DNA of 64,000 bases from Acidobacteriota bacterium. GTDB lineage: Bacteria; Acidobacteriota; Thermoanaerobaculia; Thermoanaerobaculales; Sulfomarinibacteraceae. Position numbers and translations under genes: made by a program. The notes beneath the pieces were generated by a model. That model saw nothing but the letters and a program-made list of their open reading frames with translations. It ran no database searches and had not been told where the DNA came from. The stretch's first letter is position 1. Every line of letters starts with the position of its first letter. This document shows positions 1 through 11,249 of this stretch, piece after piece. The stretch is from positions 1,448 through 65,447 of the forward strand of contig JAADFK010000085.1 of NCBI GenBank assembly GCA_013152925.1, given 5' to 3'.

Positions 1-1
1 C

Positions 2-238
2 GGCCGTTTCGTCATCCGGACCAACCTGGGCCAGGTCAAGGTCTCCTGGCAGGTGACCGGAATCCGTCACGACCCCTGGGCCGATGCGAACCGCATCCCC
101 GTGGAGCAGGTCAAGCCCAAGGCCGAGCAGGGCACCTACCTCGCGCCCGAGGTTTACGGACAACCGGAGAGCAAGGGTCTTTCGGCCCGGATGGAGGAGC
201 TTCGCCGCACTGCGCCGGCAGAAGCCGCGCAGCAGTAA
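2..238 (+). CDS. 3' end of a CDS entering from upstream of the window (hypothetical protein C-terminus)
   Basis: Open frame from nt 2 to TAA at 236-238 (...GRFVIRTNLGQVKVSWQVTGIRHDPWADANRIPVEQVKPKAEQGTYLAPEVYGQPE...). GC-rich third positions like neighbouring genes. No function assignable from the fragment. Confidence 0.45.
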   Translation, partial: GRFVIRTNLGQVKVSWQVTGIRHDPWADANRIPVEQVKPKAEQGTYLAPEVYGQPESKGLSARMEELRRTAPAEAAQQ

Positions 239-252
239 GAGCTCCAGCACAT

Positions 253-306
253 CTCCGGCGGGAGTGGAATCCCGGGGCTTGAGCCGCTCCGCCACTCCCG
301 CCGGAG
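253..306. terminator. Perfect 15-bp inverted repeat (stem-loop) between convergent genes
   Basis: CTCCGGCGGGAGTGG (253-267) and CCACTCCCGCCGGAG (292-306) are exact reverse complements with a 24-nt loop, 15 nt after the stop codon. There is no U-tract, so the terminator role is tentative. Confidence 0.4.
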
Positions 307-517
307 CCTCGAGCCTGGCGAAGCACGTCGTCAGATGCCGGGAACGGGCCGGTTTCCCGGGCACAGGGGCCCCGTGGCACGCCACCCGGCGGGGCAAGGA
401 GCATGGAAGGCGGCCTTCATCGACACGGCACGGATCTCCCGGATCGCCCTCAGGGTGGTGCTGAGCCTGGGAGCCGTGTCCGCCGGGGCGCCCCGCCGCC
501 ACGCGGTTCGAGGCGCT

Positions 518-1009
518 TCAGCCCGTTGCGGCATGCGGAGCTTCCAGCCGTTTCCAAACGGCCCGGCGGAAGAGCGCCAGGGGGAGCCCCAGCGTTGCAG
601 CGGCCAGCAGCGCCAGGGCCAGCGTTCCCCAGAGACGTCCGCCGGCGGGCTCGTCGCGCCAGGCCAGGCCGGCGGCCAGCATCCCGGGCGTGCCGCGGCG
701 CACACGGAGGAGGATGCCCGCAGCCGGCAGCCACCAGGCGACGCCCAAGGCCAGGGCCCAGGGGGCGACCCGCAGCGGAACCGGCTGACCGCCGAGGCGG
801 AGTCCCACCAACGCCATGGCGCAGGGGATGAGGATGGCCACCAGGTCGGCACAGGCGGCCGTCAACAGTGGAAACGCGCCCTGTGCCTCGGGCTCCTCCG
901 GCTCGGGCGGGGCGTCCGGCCCACCCCGGTCCGTCCCCTCGGCCAGGTCCAGGAGTCGGTCCCACTCTTCGGGGATGACCCGGGGCCCTCTGGGATCTTC
1001 GGAGCTCAT
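518..1009 (-). CDS. Small membrane protein, RDD-family-like
   Basis: 163-aa ORF. Its ATG at 1009 overlaps the stop of the upstream TPR gene (ATGA). Acidic N-terminus followed by 3-4 hydrophobic helices and a WRDE motif. The family call is by pattern only. Confidence 0.55.
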   Translation of the reverse strand: MSSEDPRGPRVIPEEWDRLLDLAEGTDRGGPDAPPEPEEPEAQGAFPLLTAACADLVAILIPCAMALVGLRLGGQPVPLRVAPWALALGVAWWLPAAGILLRVRRGTPGMLAAGLAWRDEPAGGRLWGTLALALLAAATLGLPLALFRRAVWKRLEAPHAATG

Positions 1010-3216
1010 CGTGGTTTGAGGCTGGCGATGAAGATCTTGAGCTGCATGTCCGCAGGCCGCGTCTTGTACCTGGCGATGAACTCGCGAATCCGCTGGACCT
1101 CCTCGTCGCCGGGGCGGCGTTCGTCGTACTCTGCCAGGTGTCCGTCGGCGCCGGTCAGGTTGTACCTGCGGAGCTCGGAGATCGCCAGGTCGAAGAGGCT
1201 TCGTTCAAGCACCTCCTGGTATTCCGCGTTCTGGGGGTCCTTGTCCATCAGGGTTCGGCAGATCCCGAGGGCTGTCTCGAAGTCGTTGTCGGAGAGTGCC
1301 TTGACCAGTGGTCCGATGGCAGGTTCCTGGGTCAGGATGCGTTCCCTGAGATCCTGGAGCCCGGGGTCGGAGGGGTGGGATTCGAGGCCGGCCTGGACCT
1401 TGGTGTAGGCCTCGATCAGGCGTCCTGCATCGAAGGCCTGCTGGGCCTCGAGGGACTCCTGGGGAACCGGTGTCGGCGTCGGGGGCAGCAGAGCCTTCTT
1501 GTACCGGGCGAGCCGCCGGGAGACGCGTACCTGATCGGGCCCGGTCACCTCAAGCGATTCCAGGAGCCGAACGGCCTGCCGCGCCTGGCCGTGCCTGTAG
1601 AGCCGCTCGGCATCCCGGAGCGTTCGCTCCAGCGCCTGCTGTGTCCTTTCCTCCCGGTGCCCGGCGAACATCCTGGCCCCGAACCAGGCGCCGAGGGCCA
1701 CGACGAGGAGGGCGACGGCCGCCAGAGCGAGGGTCCGCATGGGCAGCTTGCCCCTGCGCCGCGGAGCCGGCAGCTCAACCCCTTCCCCACCGATATCGAA
1801 CGACATCCCCTCGAGGTCGAGGGTGGCTTCCTGCCCGGACGCCGCTGCAGCAGACGGCTGTGGCTCCGCCTCGGTGAACAGATCGACGTCCAGGTCGTCG
1901 AGAACGGGCAATGCTCCGCTCTCCGCCCCGGAAACCGTTTCCGGGGCCGCCGGCGAAGGCTCGGCGGCTCCGCGTTCCAGGCGTTCCTGGAGGTCCAGCG
2001 CCTGGATGTTTCCCGGCTGGAACTCGAGGACCTGTTTCAGCAGGCGGCGGGCATCCTCGCCCCGGTCCGAGGAGATGGCCTCCTCCGCCTCGTAGAGGAG
2101 GTGTTCGATCTGGCGATCAAGCTCCTCCTTGCGGCGGCGCGCGTCCTCGATCAGCCGGCCCGCCTCGGCGTTCTCCGGATCGCTGAGGAAGATACGGGAC
2201 CACGTGTCGATGGCCGCCTGGTAGTCGCCTTCCTCGAAGGCGGCTTTTCCCTGGACCAGGAGCTCCTGGATATGGTCACCGGTGTCGGCCGCGGGAATCT
2301 CCGGTCCGGCCTCGAAGGCGGAGGCGTCACCGGCATCGAAAAGATCATCGACTCCGGAGCCCATTGCAACGCCACCGGAAGAAGCGTCCGCACCGGGAGC
2401 TTCGTCCTGGCCGGTGGGTTCCTCGAAGGACCACTGGGGCTCCGAGGAGTGGTCCTCGTCGAAGATCCCGTCGAACCCCTCGGCGCCGAGAGAATCTTCC
2501 TGTCCGGCCGCCGGAGCGCCGCCGGTGGCCGGCGCCTCTCCAAGGTCCATGGTGTCGAAGGTTGTGGATGTGGACGGCGTCTCCCTGGGGGCTTGCTCCT
2601 GGACGGGCTCTTGGCGCACGAAGGCGCCGGCCTGTTCCAACGCCTCGAGGATGGACACGATGCCGGGGTGGTGGGGGTCGAGCGCCTGGGCCATCATGAC
2701 GAAGTTGGCGGACTCCTCGGGCTCACCGCGGTCCAGGGCCTCGCGAGCCTGAACGAGGTACTGGCCCACCTGTGCCTCGGTCTTCAGCGCGTCCTCGATC
2801 TGGCTCAACAGCCCGCGGGCCTCCTTGTGGCCCGGGAGCTCGCGGAGCACCTGGTTGACCTTCTCCCTGGCCTGGTGGTAGCGCCGCTCGTTGAAATCGT
2901 CCACGGCGTCCACCAGCAGCTGATCCACCTCGGTGTTGGTGGCTTCCTGGAGCTGGCCCACGATGGACGAGAGGTCGATCTCCTCGGCGCCCGAGGTCAA
3001 CTGTTCGTGGAGCTGCCGGGCGGGTCCGAACTGGGGGTCGAGCCGGAGCACGAACTCCAGAGCGATCATCGCTTCCTCACGGCCCCCCGAGTGCAGCTTT
3101 TGGACGGCCTGTTTGAAGGTGGTCAGCACACGTTCTTGCGCCTGGGCCGAAAGCTCGGGATTCCCTGGGTACTGCATGACCGCTCGATGGTACCAAGGGC
3201 CGTGAGGCGCGGTCAA
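1006..3216 (-). CDS. TPR-repeat protein with one transmembrane helix
   Basis: 736-aa ORF with several TPR-like repeats (GDYQAAIDTWSRIFLSDPENAEA; DNDFETALGICRTLMDKDPQNAEY), an acidic low-complexity middle and a TM helix LALAAVALLVVALGAWFGARMF. Alternative start M14 at 3177. Confidence 0.75.
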   Translation of the reverse strand: MTAPHGPWYHRAVMQYPGNPELSAQAQERVLTTFKQAVQKLHSGGREEAMIALEFVLRLDPQFGPARQLHEQLTSGAEEIDLSSIVGQLQEATNTEVDQLLVDAVDDFNERRYHQAREKVNQVLRELPGHKEARGLLSQIEDALKTEAQVGQYLVQAREALDRGEPEESANFVMMAQALDPHHPGIVSILEALEQAGAFVRQEPVQEQAPRETPSTSTTFDTMDLGEAPATGGAPAAGQEDSLGAEGFDGIFDEDHSSEPQWSFEEPTGQDEAPGADASSGGVAMGSGVDDLFDAGDASAFEAGPEIPAADTGDHIQELLVQGKAAFEEGDYQAAIDTWSRIFLSDPENAEAGRLIEDARRRKEELDRQIEHLLYEAEEAISSDRGEDARRLLKQVLEFQPGNIQALDLQERLERGAAEPSPAAPETVSGAESGALPVLDDLDVDLFTEAEPQPSAAAASGQEATLDLEGMSFDIGGEGVELPAPRRRGKLPMRTLALAAVALLVVALGAWFGARMFAGHREERTQQALERTLRDAERLYRHGQARQAVRLLESLEVTGPDQVRVSRRLARYKKALLPPTPTPVPQESLEAQQAFDAGRLIEAYTKVQAGLESHPSDPGLQDLRERILTQEPAIGPLVKALSDNDFETALGICRTLMDKDPQNAEYQEVLERSLFDLAISELRRYNLTGADGHLAEYDERRPGDEEVQRIREFIARYKTRPADMQLKIFIASLKPR

Positions 3217-3347
3217 CGGAGCCCGGGTGCCTGCAGGGCACGAGCCCGCTGGAGTGGGAGCGTCCGGCCGGCCCGGCCCCCGGTCATCCGCGCGTCAACG
3301 GCGTACGTGGTCTTCCGATCCTGCTCGTCCTCGGGAGGCCGGGGTGT

Positions 3348-4754
3348 TCACGGCGTCTCTCCAGGGTCTCGGCGAAGCCTGGCGGCCGATCCAGGGTCGA
3401 TGCCGAGCTGCCGGATCTTCCGGTGGAGGTGGGAGCGCTCGATCCCCAGGAGCCGCGCGGCCCGGGAGACGTTTCCGGCGCACTGTTCGAGCACCCGTTC
3501 GATGTAGGCGGTTTCGAAGCGAGCCCGGGCTTCGCGGAGCGGCGGCAGCTCACCGGCCGTCGTGAAGCCGATGACCGTGCCCTCCTGGGCGCTGCTCGGG
3601 TTGAGGAAAGCCAGGTGCGTGGGCCGGATCTCGTCCTCGGGCACCATGATCACCAGGCGCTCGACGACGTTTCTGAGCTCCCGGACGTTCCCCGGCCAGG
3701 CGTAGGCCTTCAGCCGCTCCAGAGCCTCGTCGCTGAAGCGCTTGGGCCGGGCGCCCGTCTCGGCCACGACCTCGGCGACGAACTCCTCCACGAGCTCCGG
3801 GATGTCCTCCCTCCTCTCGGTAAGCGGCGGCACGGCGATGGGGATCACGTTGAGGCGGTAGAAGAGATCCTGCCGGAAGCTCCCGGCCTCGATCTCCGCC
3901 TCGAGGGACTTGTTGGTGGCCGCGATGACGCGGACGTCCACGGCGATCTCCCGGCTGCCCCCCAGGCGGGTGAACCGTTGCTCCTGGAGCACCCGGAGCA
4001 GCTTGGCCTGGGTCAGCAGGCTCATGTCACCCACCTCGTCCAGGAAGAGCGTGCCGCCGTCGGCGAGCTCGAACTTGCCCCGCTTGGCCTCGATGGCGCC
4101 GGTGAAGGCGCCCTTCATGTGGCCGAAGAGCTCGCTCTCGATGAGCTCCGAGGGGATGGCGGCGCAGTTGAGCGCCACGAAGGGCCCCGAGGCCCGCCTG
4201 GAGTGCTCGTGGAGAAGACGGGCGACCACCTCCTTGCCGGTACCGTTGGCTCCCGTGATCAGGACCCTGCCGTCGCTCGGTCCCGCCGTCACGATCTGGC
4301 GGCGAAGCTCCTCGATGACCGGGGACGAGCCGGTCAGCCGCGGTCCTCCGCTGCCCTCCAGGACGGCCTGGACCTTCCGTTCGAGCCGGGACTGCTTGAG
4401 GGCGTTGCGGACGCTGACGACCACGCGATCGTAGCTCAGCGGCTTTTCGAGAAAATCGTGGGCGCCGGCCTGGATGGCCGCCACGGCCTGCTCCGCCGAG
4501 GCGTGGCCGCTGATGACGATGACCGGCACGTCGTTGCCCCCGGCGTTCAACCGCTTCAAGACCTCCACGCCGTTGAGGCCGGGCAGCCAGATGTCCAGGA
4601 GAATCAGGTCGTAGAGCCTCTTTTCAAGGACGCGCAGGGCCTCCTCGCCCGACGAGACCGCCTCGGTCTCGTACCCCTCGTCCCCGAGGATCTGGCCCAG
4701 GAGCTCCCGGATGCCGGGCTCGTCGTCCACGATGAGAATGGACTCATGCCTCAT
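3348..4754 (-). CDS. Sigma-54-dependent response regulator (NtrC/NtrX-like)
   Basis: Receiver domain (ILIVDDEPGIRELL...DLILLDIWLPG). AAA+ activator core with GANGTGKE, GAFTGA and LFLDEVGD. C-terminal Fis-type HTH (SRAARLLGIERSHLHRKIRQLGI). Overlaps the upstream kinase gene by 11 nt. Confidence 0.9.
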   Translation of the reverse strand: MRHESILIVDDEPGIRELLGQILGDEGYETEAVSSGEEALRVLEKRLYDLILLDIWLPGLNGVEVLKRLNAGGNDVPVIVISGHASAEQAVAAIQAGAHDFLEKPLSYDRVVVSVRNALKQSRLERKVQAVLEGSGGPRLTGSSPVIEELRRQIVTAGPSDGRVLITGANGTGKEVVARLLHEHSRRASGPFVALNCAAIPSELIESELFGHMKGAFTGAIEAKRGKFELADGGTLFLDEVGDMSLLTQAKLLRVLQEQRFTRLGGSREIAVDVRVIAATNKSLEAEIEAGSFRQDLFYRLNVIPIAVPPLTERREDIPELVEEFVAEVVAETGARPKRFSDEALERLKAYAWPGNVRELRNVVERLVIMVPEDEIRPTHLAFLNPSSAQEGTVIGFTTAGELPPLREARARFETAYIERVLEQCAGNVSRAARLLGIERSHLHRKIRQLGIDPGSAARLRRDPGETP

Positions 4755-6864
4755 CGGCCTGCTCCTTCACCCCCGGCTCCAGCACCAGGGCGTCGCGCAG
4801 TTCGATCCGGACGCGGGCGCCACGGGGCCGGAGGTTCTCCATGGCGAGCCGTCCTCCGTGGTCCGCAACCACCCGGTGCACCAGGGCCAGGCCCATGCCG
4901 GAGCCGCGGCCCTTGGTGGAAAAGAAGGGCTGGACCAGCACCTCCAGATCCTCCGTGGGGAACCCGGGTCCGTCGTCCTCCACCACGATGGTAATGTCAT
5001 CCTCGTGGAGGGTGACGCCGATCGTGACGTGTCCCCTCTCACCGAGGACCTCGAAGGAGTTGTCCAGGAGATTGACCAGCGCCTGGCGCAGCAGCACGGG
5101 GTCCACACGCGCCATCAGCGGGGCTTCGGGAGCCTCGAGCTCCACGGCCACGCCGCGGCGGAGACCCCTGTACAGGGCGACCGTTTCGTCCAGCAACTGC
5201 CGCAACGGAACCGGCCGCGGGTTGACGGAGGGCATGCGGGCGTACCGGTGGAAGGCGTCCACCAGCTCCTTGAGACCAGCGACGTGGGCGATGATGGCGT
5301 TGCAGCCGTTGACGATGACGTCCCGCACCGGCCCTTCCATCTCGGCGGATCGTCGCTGGATCCGTTCGGCTGCCAGGCGGATCGGCGTCAGAGGGTTCTT
5401 GATCTCGTGGGCGATGCGGCGGGCCACCTCGCTCCACGCCGCCTGCCGTTGGGCGCTGAGGAGCTGGGTCAGGTCGTCCATGGCGACGACCCAGCCGCCC
5501 CCGCGCAGCGGCTCCGCGGTCAGCTCCACATGGCGCGTGACGCCGTTGATCTCCAGATCGACCTGGCGGACCTGGCCGGCGGTCAGCCGGGCGAGGCTCT
5601 CCCGGAGCGGCACCAGCCCTTCCCCGGAAAGCTCCACGAGCTCCCGCCAGGTTCCAGCCCACTCCGGAACGCCGAGGAGCCGTGCCGCGGCCGGGTTGGG
5701 CCGGACGCGCCGGCGCTCCCCATCGAGCGTGAGGACGCCCGTCGGGATGGTCGCGAGCAGCGTGGAAAGCTCCTGATTGGACGCCAGGATCTCCTCCTCG
5801 GTCGCACGAACGCGGCGAACCATTGCGTTGAACGAGCTGACCAGGACGGCCACCTCGTCGCTTGCCGGCACGGTCACCTCCTCGAGCTTGTTCCCGGCGG
5901 CCACCCGCTGGGTCGCCTCGGCCACGGCCAGCAACGGCTCGGTGAAGCGGCGTGACAGGTAGAGTCCGATCCATACGGTGGCAAAGAGCAGGAGGAGCGT
6001 CATGGCAAGAAAAACCAGGATGGTCGTTCCCGTCACGGTGCCCCGCTGGAGCTTCATCTGCTGGAACGTGGCGTAGGCGGCCGTCGCGCGTTCGAGGTGG
6101 AGCAGGACCTCACGGGGGAGCAGGTCGCCGACCACCACCACGTCCGGGGTGCCCGGAATCGGTGCCCAAGCTCGGATCAGCAGGCCGCCGCGCCACCGGT
6201 CGGCCCGGCTGGTGCCCTGCCGAAGCTCACGGGCCTTGAGGGGGGGTGGGGAACGCGGGAGCAAGCGGGCGTCGGTGACGGCTTGCAGGCGTCGCGGCCC
6301 CCTGTAGAGGGCCAGCAAGCCCGATCCCAGGAGGCGGTGAAGCGACTCCAACTTCTTGGGCGTCACGCCGCGGGCCAGCTCGCGGGCCGCGGAGGAGGCC
6401 TGGCGCTGGAGCCGCTGCTCGGCCATGGCCCGCAGCTCCCCCGTCATGGCGGCGCCGCCGCGCAACACCTCCTCCACGGGGGCCGAGAACCACCGGTCGA
6501 TGGAGCTCTGGAGCAGGTTCGTGGCGATCAGGAAGATGAAGATCACCGGGATGAAGGTCAGGGCCACGTAGGTGAAGACCAGCTTGGTCCGGAAACGGCT
6601 GCCGAGAATGCCCGCTCTCCGTTCCAGGCTCAGGCGGATCAGGCTCCTCAGGAGAACGAAGAGCATCACGAGGATCAGGGTGACGTCCAGGTACCACAGC
6701 ACGAAGAGGAGCAGGCGGTTGGTCAGCTCCCTCGGGGAGGCCGCATGGGCGCGCTGGAGGAGGTAGAAGGCGCCGGACGAGAGGGCCAGCACCACGAGAA
6801 AGGTGCCCACGAGGAAGCGGTTCTCCTTGTGGTGTTCCCTCCAGGCCCTGGTCAGCCGCGACAT
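4744..6864 (-). CDS. Sensor histidine kinase, NtrY-like (TM-HAMP-PAS-HisKA-HATPase)
   Basis: ORF 4744..7023. The chosen start is ATG 6864 (MSRLTRAW...), which forms an ATGA overlap with the upstream gene. N-terminal TM helices and an H-box IAHEIKNPLTPI (NtrY-type signature). ATPase boxes DNSFE, DDGPGFP and GSGMGLA. Confidence 0.85.
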   Translation of the reverse strand: MSRLTRAWREHHKENRFLVGTFLVVLALSSGAFYLLQRAHAASPRELTNRLLLFVLWYLDVTLILVMLFVLLRSLIRLSLERRAGILGSRFRTKLVFTYVALTFIPVIFIFLIATNLLQSSIDRWFSAPVEEVLRGGAAMTGELRAMAEQRLQRQASSAARELARGVTPKKLESLHRLLGSGLLALYRGPRRLQAVTDARLLPRSPPPLKARELRQGTSRADRWRGGLLIRAWAPIPGTPDVVVVGDLLPREVLLHLERATAAYATFQQMKLQRGTVTGTTILVFLAMTLLLLFATVWIGLYLSRRFTEPLLAVAEATQRVAAGNKLEEVTVPASDEVAVLVSSFNAMVRRVRATEEEILASNQELSTLLATIPTGVLTLDGERRRVRPNPAAARLLGVPEWAGTWRELVELSGEGLVPLRESLARLTAGQVRQVDLEINGVTRHVELTAEPLRGGGWVVAMDDLTQLLSAQRQAAWSEVARRIAHEIKNPLTPIRLAAERIQRRSAEMEGPVRDVIVNGCNAIIAHVAGLKELVDAFHRYARMPSVNPRPVPLRQLLDETVALYRGLRRGVAVELEAPEAPLMARVDPVLLRQALVNLLDNSFEVLGERGHVTIGVTLHEDDITIVVEDDGPGFPTEDLEVLVQPFFSTKGRGSGMGLALVHRVVADHGGRLAMENLRPRGARVRIELRDALVLEPGVKEQADEA

Positions 6865-7376
6865 CAGTCCCCCGAGACATGGATGACGACCCAGTCGGTC
6901 GCCTTGACCGAGGGGAGGACGGTCCAATCGGTTCCCACCGAGTAGACGGCCCTGGCCCGCAGAATCAGCCGTTTCTTCGTCTTGGGCAGGACCACGCGAA
7001 ACGCGGGCGGCTGCCGCAGCCATTCCCTGGCAATCTGTGGAGAGGCCGTCTCCTTGCTGGAAACGATGACGTTGTTGAGGGCCTCTTCACAGGTGTACCG
7101 GCCGGTCAGTGGATCGAAGACGACGCTGGCGGTCGCTGTTCCCTTCCAGATCCTGCTGTCCCAAATGATGGCTCGGCGGCCGCGGACCTGCACCTCGTAC
7201 TGGACACTGACCTGGGCACCGGAGGGAAGGGCGTCGAGCATGGGCTGGGGCAGCTCCTCGCCGAGGCTCACCTGGACCTCGAGGGTCGCCCCGGCCCGGC
7301 GTACCTGAACCTCCAGCGGCGGTGCCTGGGTGGCCACCGTGGAGGCCGCGAGGATCAAGGCCGTGATCCATCTCAT
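6864..7376 (-). CDS. Secreted beta-rich protein, DUF4390-like, first gene of the NtrY/X-like operon
   Basis: 170 aa with signal peptide MRWITALILAASTVATQA. The pattern (...VVFDPLTGRYT...) and the position directly upstream of an NtrY-like kinase match my recollection of DUF4390. Not verified by search. Confidence 0.55.
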   Translation of the reverse strand: MRWITALILAASTVATQAPPLEVQVRRAGATLEVQVSLGEELPQPMLDALPSGAQVSVQYEVQVRGRRAIIWDSRIWKGTATASVVFDPLTGRYTCEEALNNVIVSSKETASPQIAREWLRQPPAFRVVLPKTKKRLILRARAVYSVGTDWTVLPSVKATDWVVIHVSGD

Positions 7377-7584
7377 GGTGTTGCAACGTTACCACGCTTG
7401 GTGGGGTGCCGCGCACCGGCCGTGACGGGGTGCCGGTGCCGGTTCCCGGGTTCCCGCCGGGCCTGCAGAGCGTGCAGAGACTGCAAGAAACGCAGACCAG
7501 ACCTGCCGGCGATCCCTCCTGCCTCACGGCCGGATGAGAGTCTAACCCATTGATGGATAGTCTCTTGAGAGAAACCGGCACGGG

Positions 7585-7600
7585 TGGCACATCTCTTGCC
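7585..7600 (+). promoter_or_regulatory. Sigma-54 (-24/-12) promoter of the DUF2202 gene
   Basis: TGGCAC-ATCTC-TTGC is an exact match to TGGCAC-N5-TTGC. It lies 58 nt upstream of ATG 7658 on the correct strand. Confidence 0.65.
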
Positions 7601-7657
7601 CTTGGAGAGGGCGCGCCCACTGACGGGCGACACCAACACGCATCACGGAGGTGCATC

Positions 7658-8485
7658 ATGAAGAAGTCCATCATCGCCCTGTTGACCGCGGCGGTCCTCC
7701 TGGCCGCCACAACGCCCCTGCTGGCCGGCAACGGCTACGGAGGTGGAGCCCTCTTTGCCAATGGCTGCGGCCAGATCGTTGCCGACCACGTCGCCAGCCT
7801 TCCGGTCGAGGAGCTCAGCGAGGCCGAGCGGGCCTCCCTCGTCAAGATGCGCCAGGAGGAGAAGCTGGCGCGCGACGTCTATCTCAGCCTCCAGCTCCAG
7901 TGGGGCGAACGGATCTTCGCCAACATCGCCCGGGCCGAGCAGCGGCACATGGATATGGTCACCCTCCTCCTTGACCGGTACGGGATCGAGGATCCGGCGG
8001 CCGACGACACCATCGGCGTCTTCACAGACGGGGCCTTCAACGAGCTGTACACCCAGCTCGTGGAGGCCGGCAACGTCTCGATCGAGGAGGCTCTCCAGGT
8101 GGGTGCCACCATCGAGGATCTGGACATCTTCGACCTCGACGAGGCGCTGAAGAACGACATCGATAACGCCGACATCGCCATGATCTACCAGAACCTCGCG
8201 AAGGGCTCCCGTAACCACATGCGGGCCTTTGCGAGCCGCTTGGCGGCCTACGGGATTCCGTACTCTCCGCAGTACATCAGCGAGGAAGCGTACGAGCAGA
8301 TCACCGGTTCCGAGTGGGAGCGCGGCACGATCCTCGACGAGAACGGTGAGGTGCTGGCCACATGCGGCAACCCCGGCGGCAACGGGCAGGGCAACAGGGG
8401 CAGCGCTCAGGGTGGCAACGGCAACGGCAACGGCCGCGGCGGCCAGGGCAACGGCGTCTGCGACGGAACGGGTCCCAAGGCCTGA
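7658..8485 (+). CDS. Periplasmic ferritin-like protein (DUF2202-like)
   Basis: ATG 7658 is preceded by GGAG (7647-7650). Signal peptide MKKSIIALLTAAVLLAATTPLLAG. Ferritin-like helix motifs (EEKLARDVY, RAEQRHMDM, IEDLDI, GSRNHMRAF). G/N/Q-rich C-terminal tail. Confidence 0.8.
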   Translation: MKKSIIALLTAAVLLAATTPLLAGNGYGGGALFANGCGQIVADHVASLPVEELSEAERASLVKMRQEEKLARDVYLSLQLQWGERIFANIARAEQRHMDMVTLLLDRYGIEDPAADDTIGVFTDGAFNELYTQLVEAGNVSIEEALQVGATIEDLDIFDLDEALKNDIDNADIAMIYQNLAKGSRNHMRAFASRLAAYGIPYSPQYISEEAYEQITGSEWERGTILDENGEVLATCGNPGGNGQGNRGSAQGGNGNGNGRGGQGNGVCDGTGPKA

Positions 8486-8510
8486 GGGCGTTCATGTCCG
8501 ATGGAACAAC

Positions 8511-8535
8511 GGGGGCGGCCCGCGGGGCCGCCCCC
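8511..8535. terminator. GC-rich hairpin between convergent genes (likely bidirectional terminator)
   Basis: GGGGGCGGCCC-GCG-GGGCCGCCCCC forms a perfect 11-bp stem, 26 nt after the DUF2202 stop, followed by TGTTGT. Confidence 0.6.
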
Positions 8536-8619
8536 TGTTGTCGAACCGTCCTCCCATCCTCTCTCGTCTGTCCTCTCGTCCCTGGCCCCATTCCGTACGC
8601 CCCGTCGAGTCTCCGGCGG

Positions 8620-9938
<1,319 letters not shown>

Positions 9939-9942
<4 letters not shown>

Positions 9943-11249
9943 GCTCCGCCTCCGGCCAGGGGCAGCCTCAGGATCGCCTCCGTGCCGCCCCCCGTTCGCG
10001 GACGAAGCTCGAGGGAGCCGCCGTTGCCCTCGGCGAGGTTTCGGGCGATGGGCAGGCCGAGGCCGGTGCCATCGGCCCGTCCCGTCACGTAGGGCTCGAA
10101 GAGCTCCTCGGGGTCCTCGCCGGGCCCGGGCCCGCGATCGGCCACGACGAAGACGGCCAGCCGCCCCTCCGGACGGACCGTGATCTCCACGGAGGCATCC
10201 CCCGGCGAGGCCGCCAGCGCATTGTCCACCAGGTTTTCCAGGATCTGGAGGAGGTGTTCCCGGTCGGCGACCACCCGGAGCCCCGGCGTCACTCCGGTCC
10301 GGACGTCATCCCGGCCGGTGGCCAGCTCATCCAGCAATCCGGCCACCTCCACCTCTTCCGGCTCCGGCTCCGGTGGCCTGGCGTAGTCCAGGAGCAGCCC
10401 GAGCATCCGTTCCATGCGCTCCGCCTGGGCGATGGCGGCCCGGGCGCGGCGAGCCGGCCGTTCGCCGGTGGCTTCCTCGGCGATCATCTGCAGGGAGCCC
10501 TTGATGGTGGCCAGGGGTGTTCTCAACTGGTGGGCCAGGCCGGCCCCCGCCCGGCCCAGGGCCTCCGAGCGGCGTTGCTGGGCCTCCTGGAGCACGAGCT
10601 CCCGCTGCCGGTCCAGCAGGCGGCCGGCCACGAGCGCCAGCGCCACCAAGGCGAGGCTCCCGGCGACGGCCGCCGGGAGGATCAGCCGGGTGGCCAGCGG
10701 GGGGCGGCCCGCGTGTGGAGCCAGGAAGACCTCCAGGACGTAGCGCCCCCGTCCGGCCCGACCATCCGTCGTTCCCGTCCGGGACGCATCTCCCCTTGCC
10801 CAGGGAGGCCCGAGCCCGGAAGAGCCCGCCGTACCCGGGGCGTTCCTGAGCTGGCGCAGGCGTTGGCTCCGCTCCTCGGACGATGGCGGCCCGCCCCGCC
10901 CATGGGGCCCCAGGAAGATCGTGACCTTCCGGGAGCGGAGGGTGCCGTCGGTCCGGCCCAGGCGGACGAGCTCGATTCCCCTGGAATCATGAAGGACCAT
11001 GCCCGCAACCTCGGGAGAGGCCTCCCGGAACGGCTCATCGAGACTCGACGCGGCGTTCTCGACCGCGCGTTCCCTCAGAAGGGATTCGACCCGGTGCGCC
11101 AGGCCGAGGACCCGCCCGTCGAGGGCGAGCTGGTACCGCTGGCGCACGGCGTGGAGGGCCACGGTGGCCAGCGCCACCATGGCGATACCGGCCACAGCGG
11201 CCGCTGCCGGCAGCCAGAAGGTGGCGCGGAATTCCCATTGTTCCTTCAT
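9939..11249 (-). CDS. Sensor histidine kinase (two TM helices, HisKA-HATPase)
   Basis: 436 aa. TM helices flank a periplasmic region of about 190 aa. H-box [13 protein letters not shown]. ATPase boxes DNALAAS, DRGPGPG and GTGLGLPIA. Confidence 0.85.

Noticed and set aside
1138-3507. 789-aa plus-strand ORF, and similar long ORFs at 335..1408 and 3423..4994
   Set aside because: They are antisense or alternate-frame to genes with clear domain content (TPR protein, NtrC-like RR). The translations are R/G/P/A-rich low-complexity strings with no motifs, as expected for spurious ORFs in ~70% GC DNA.
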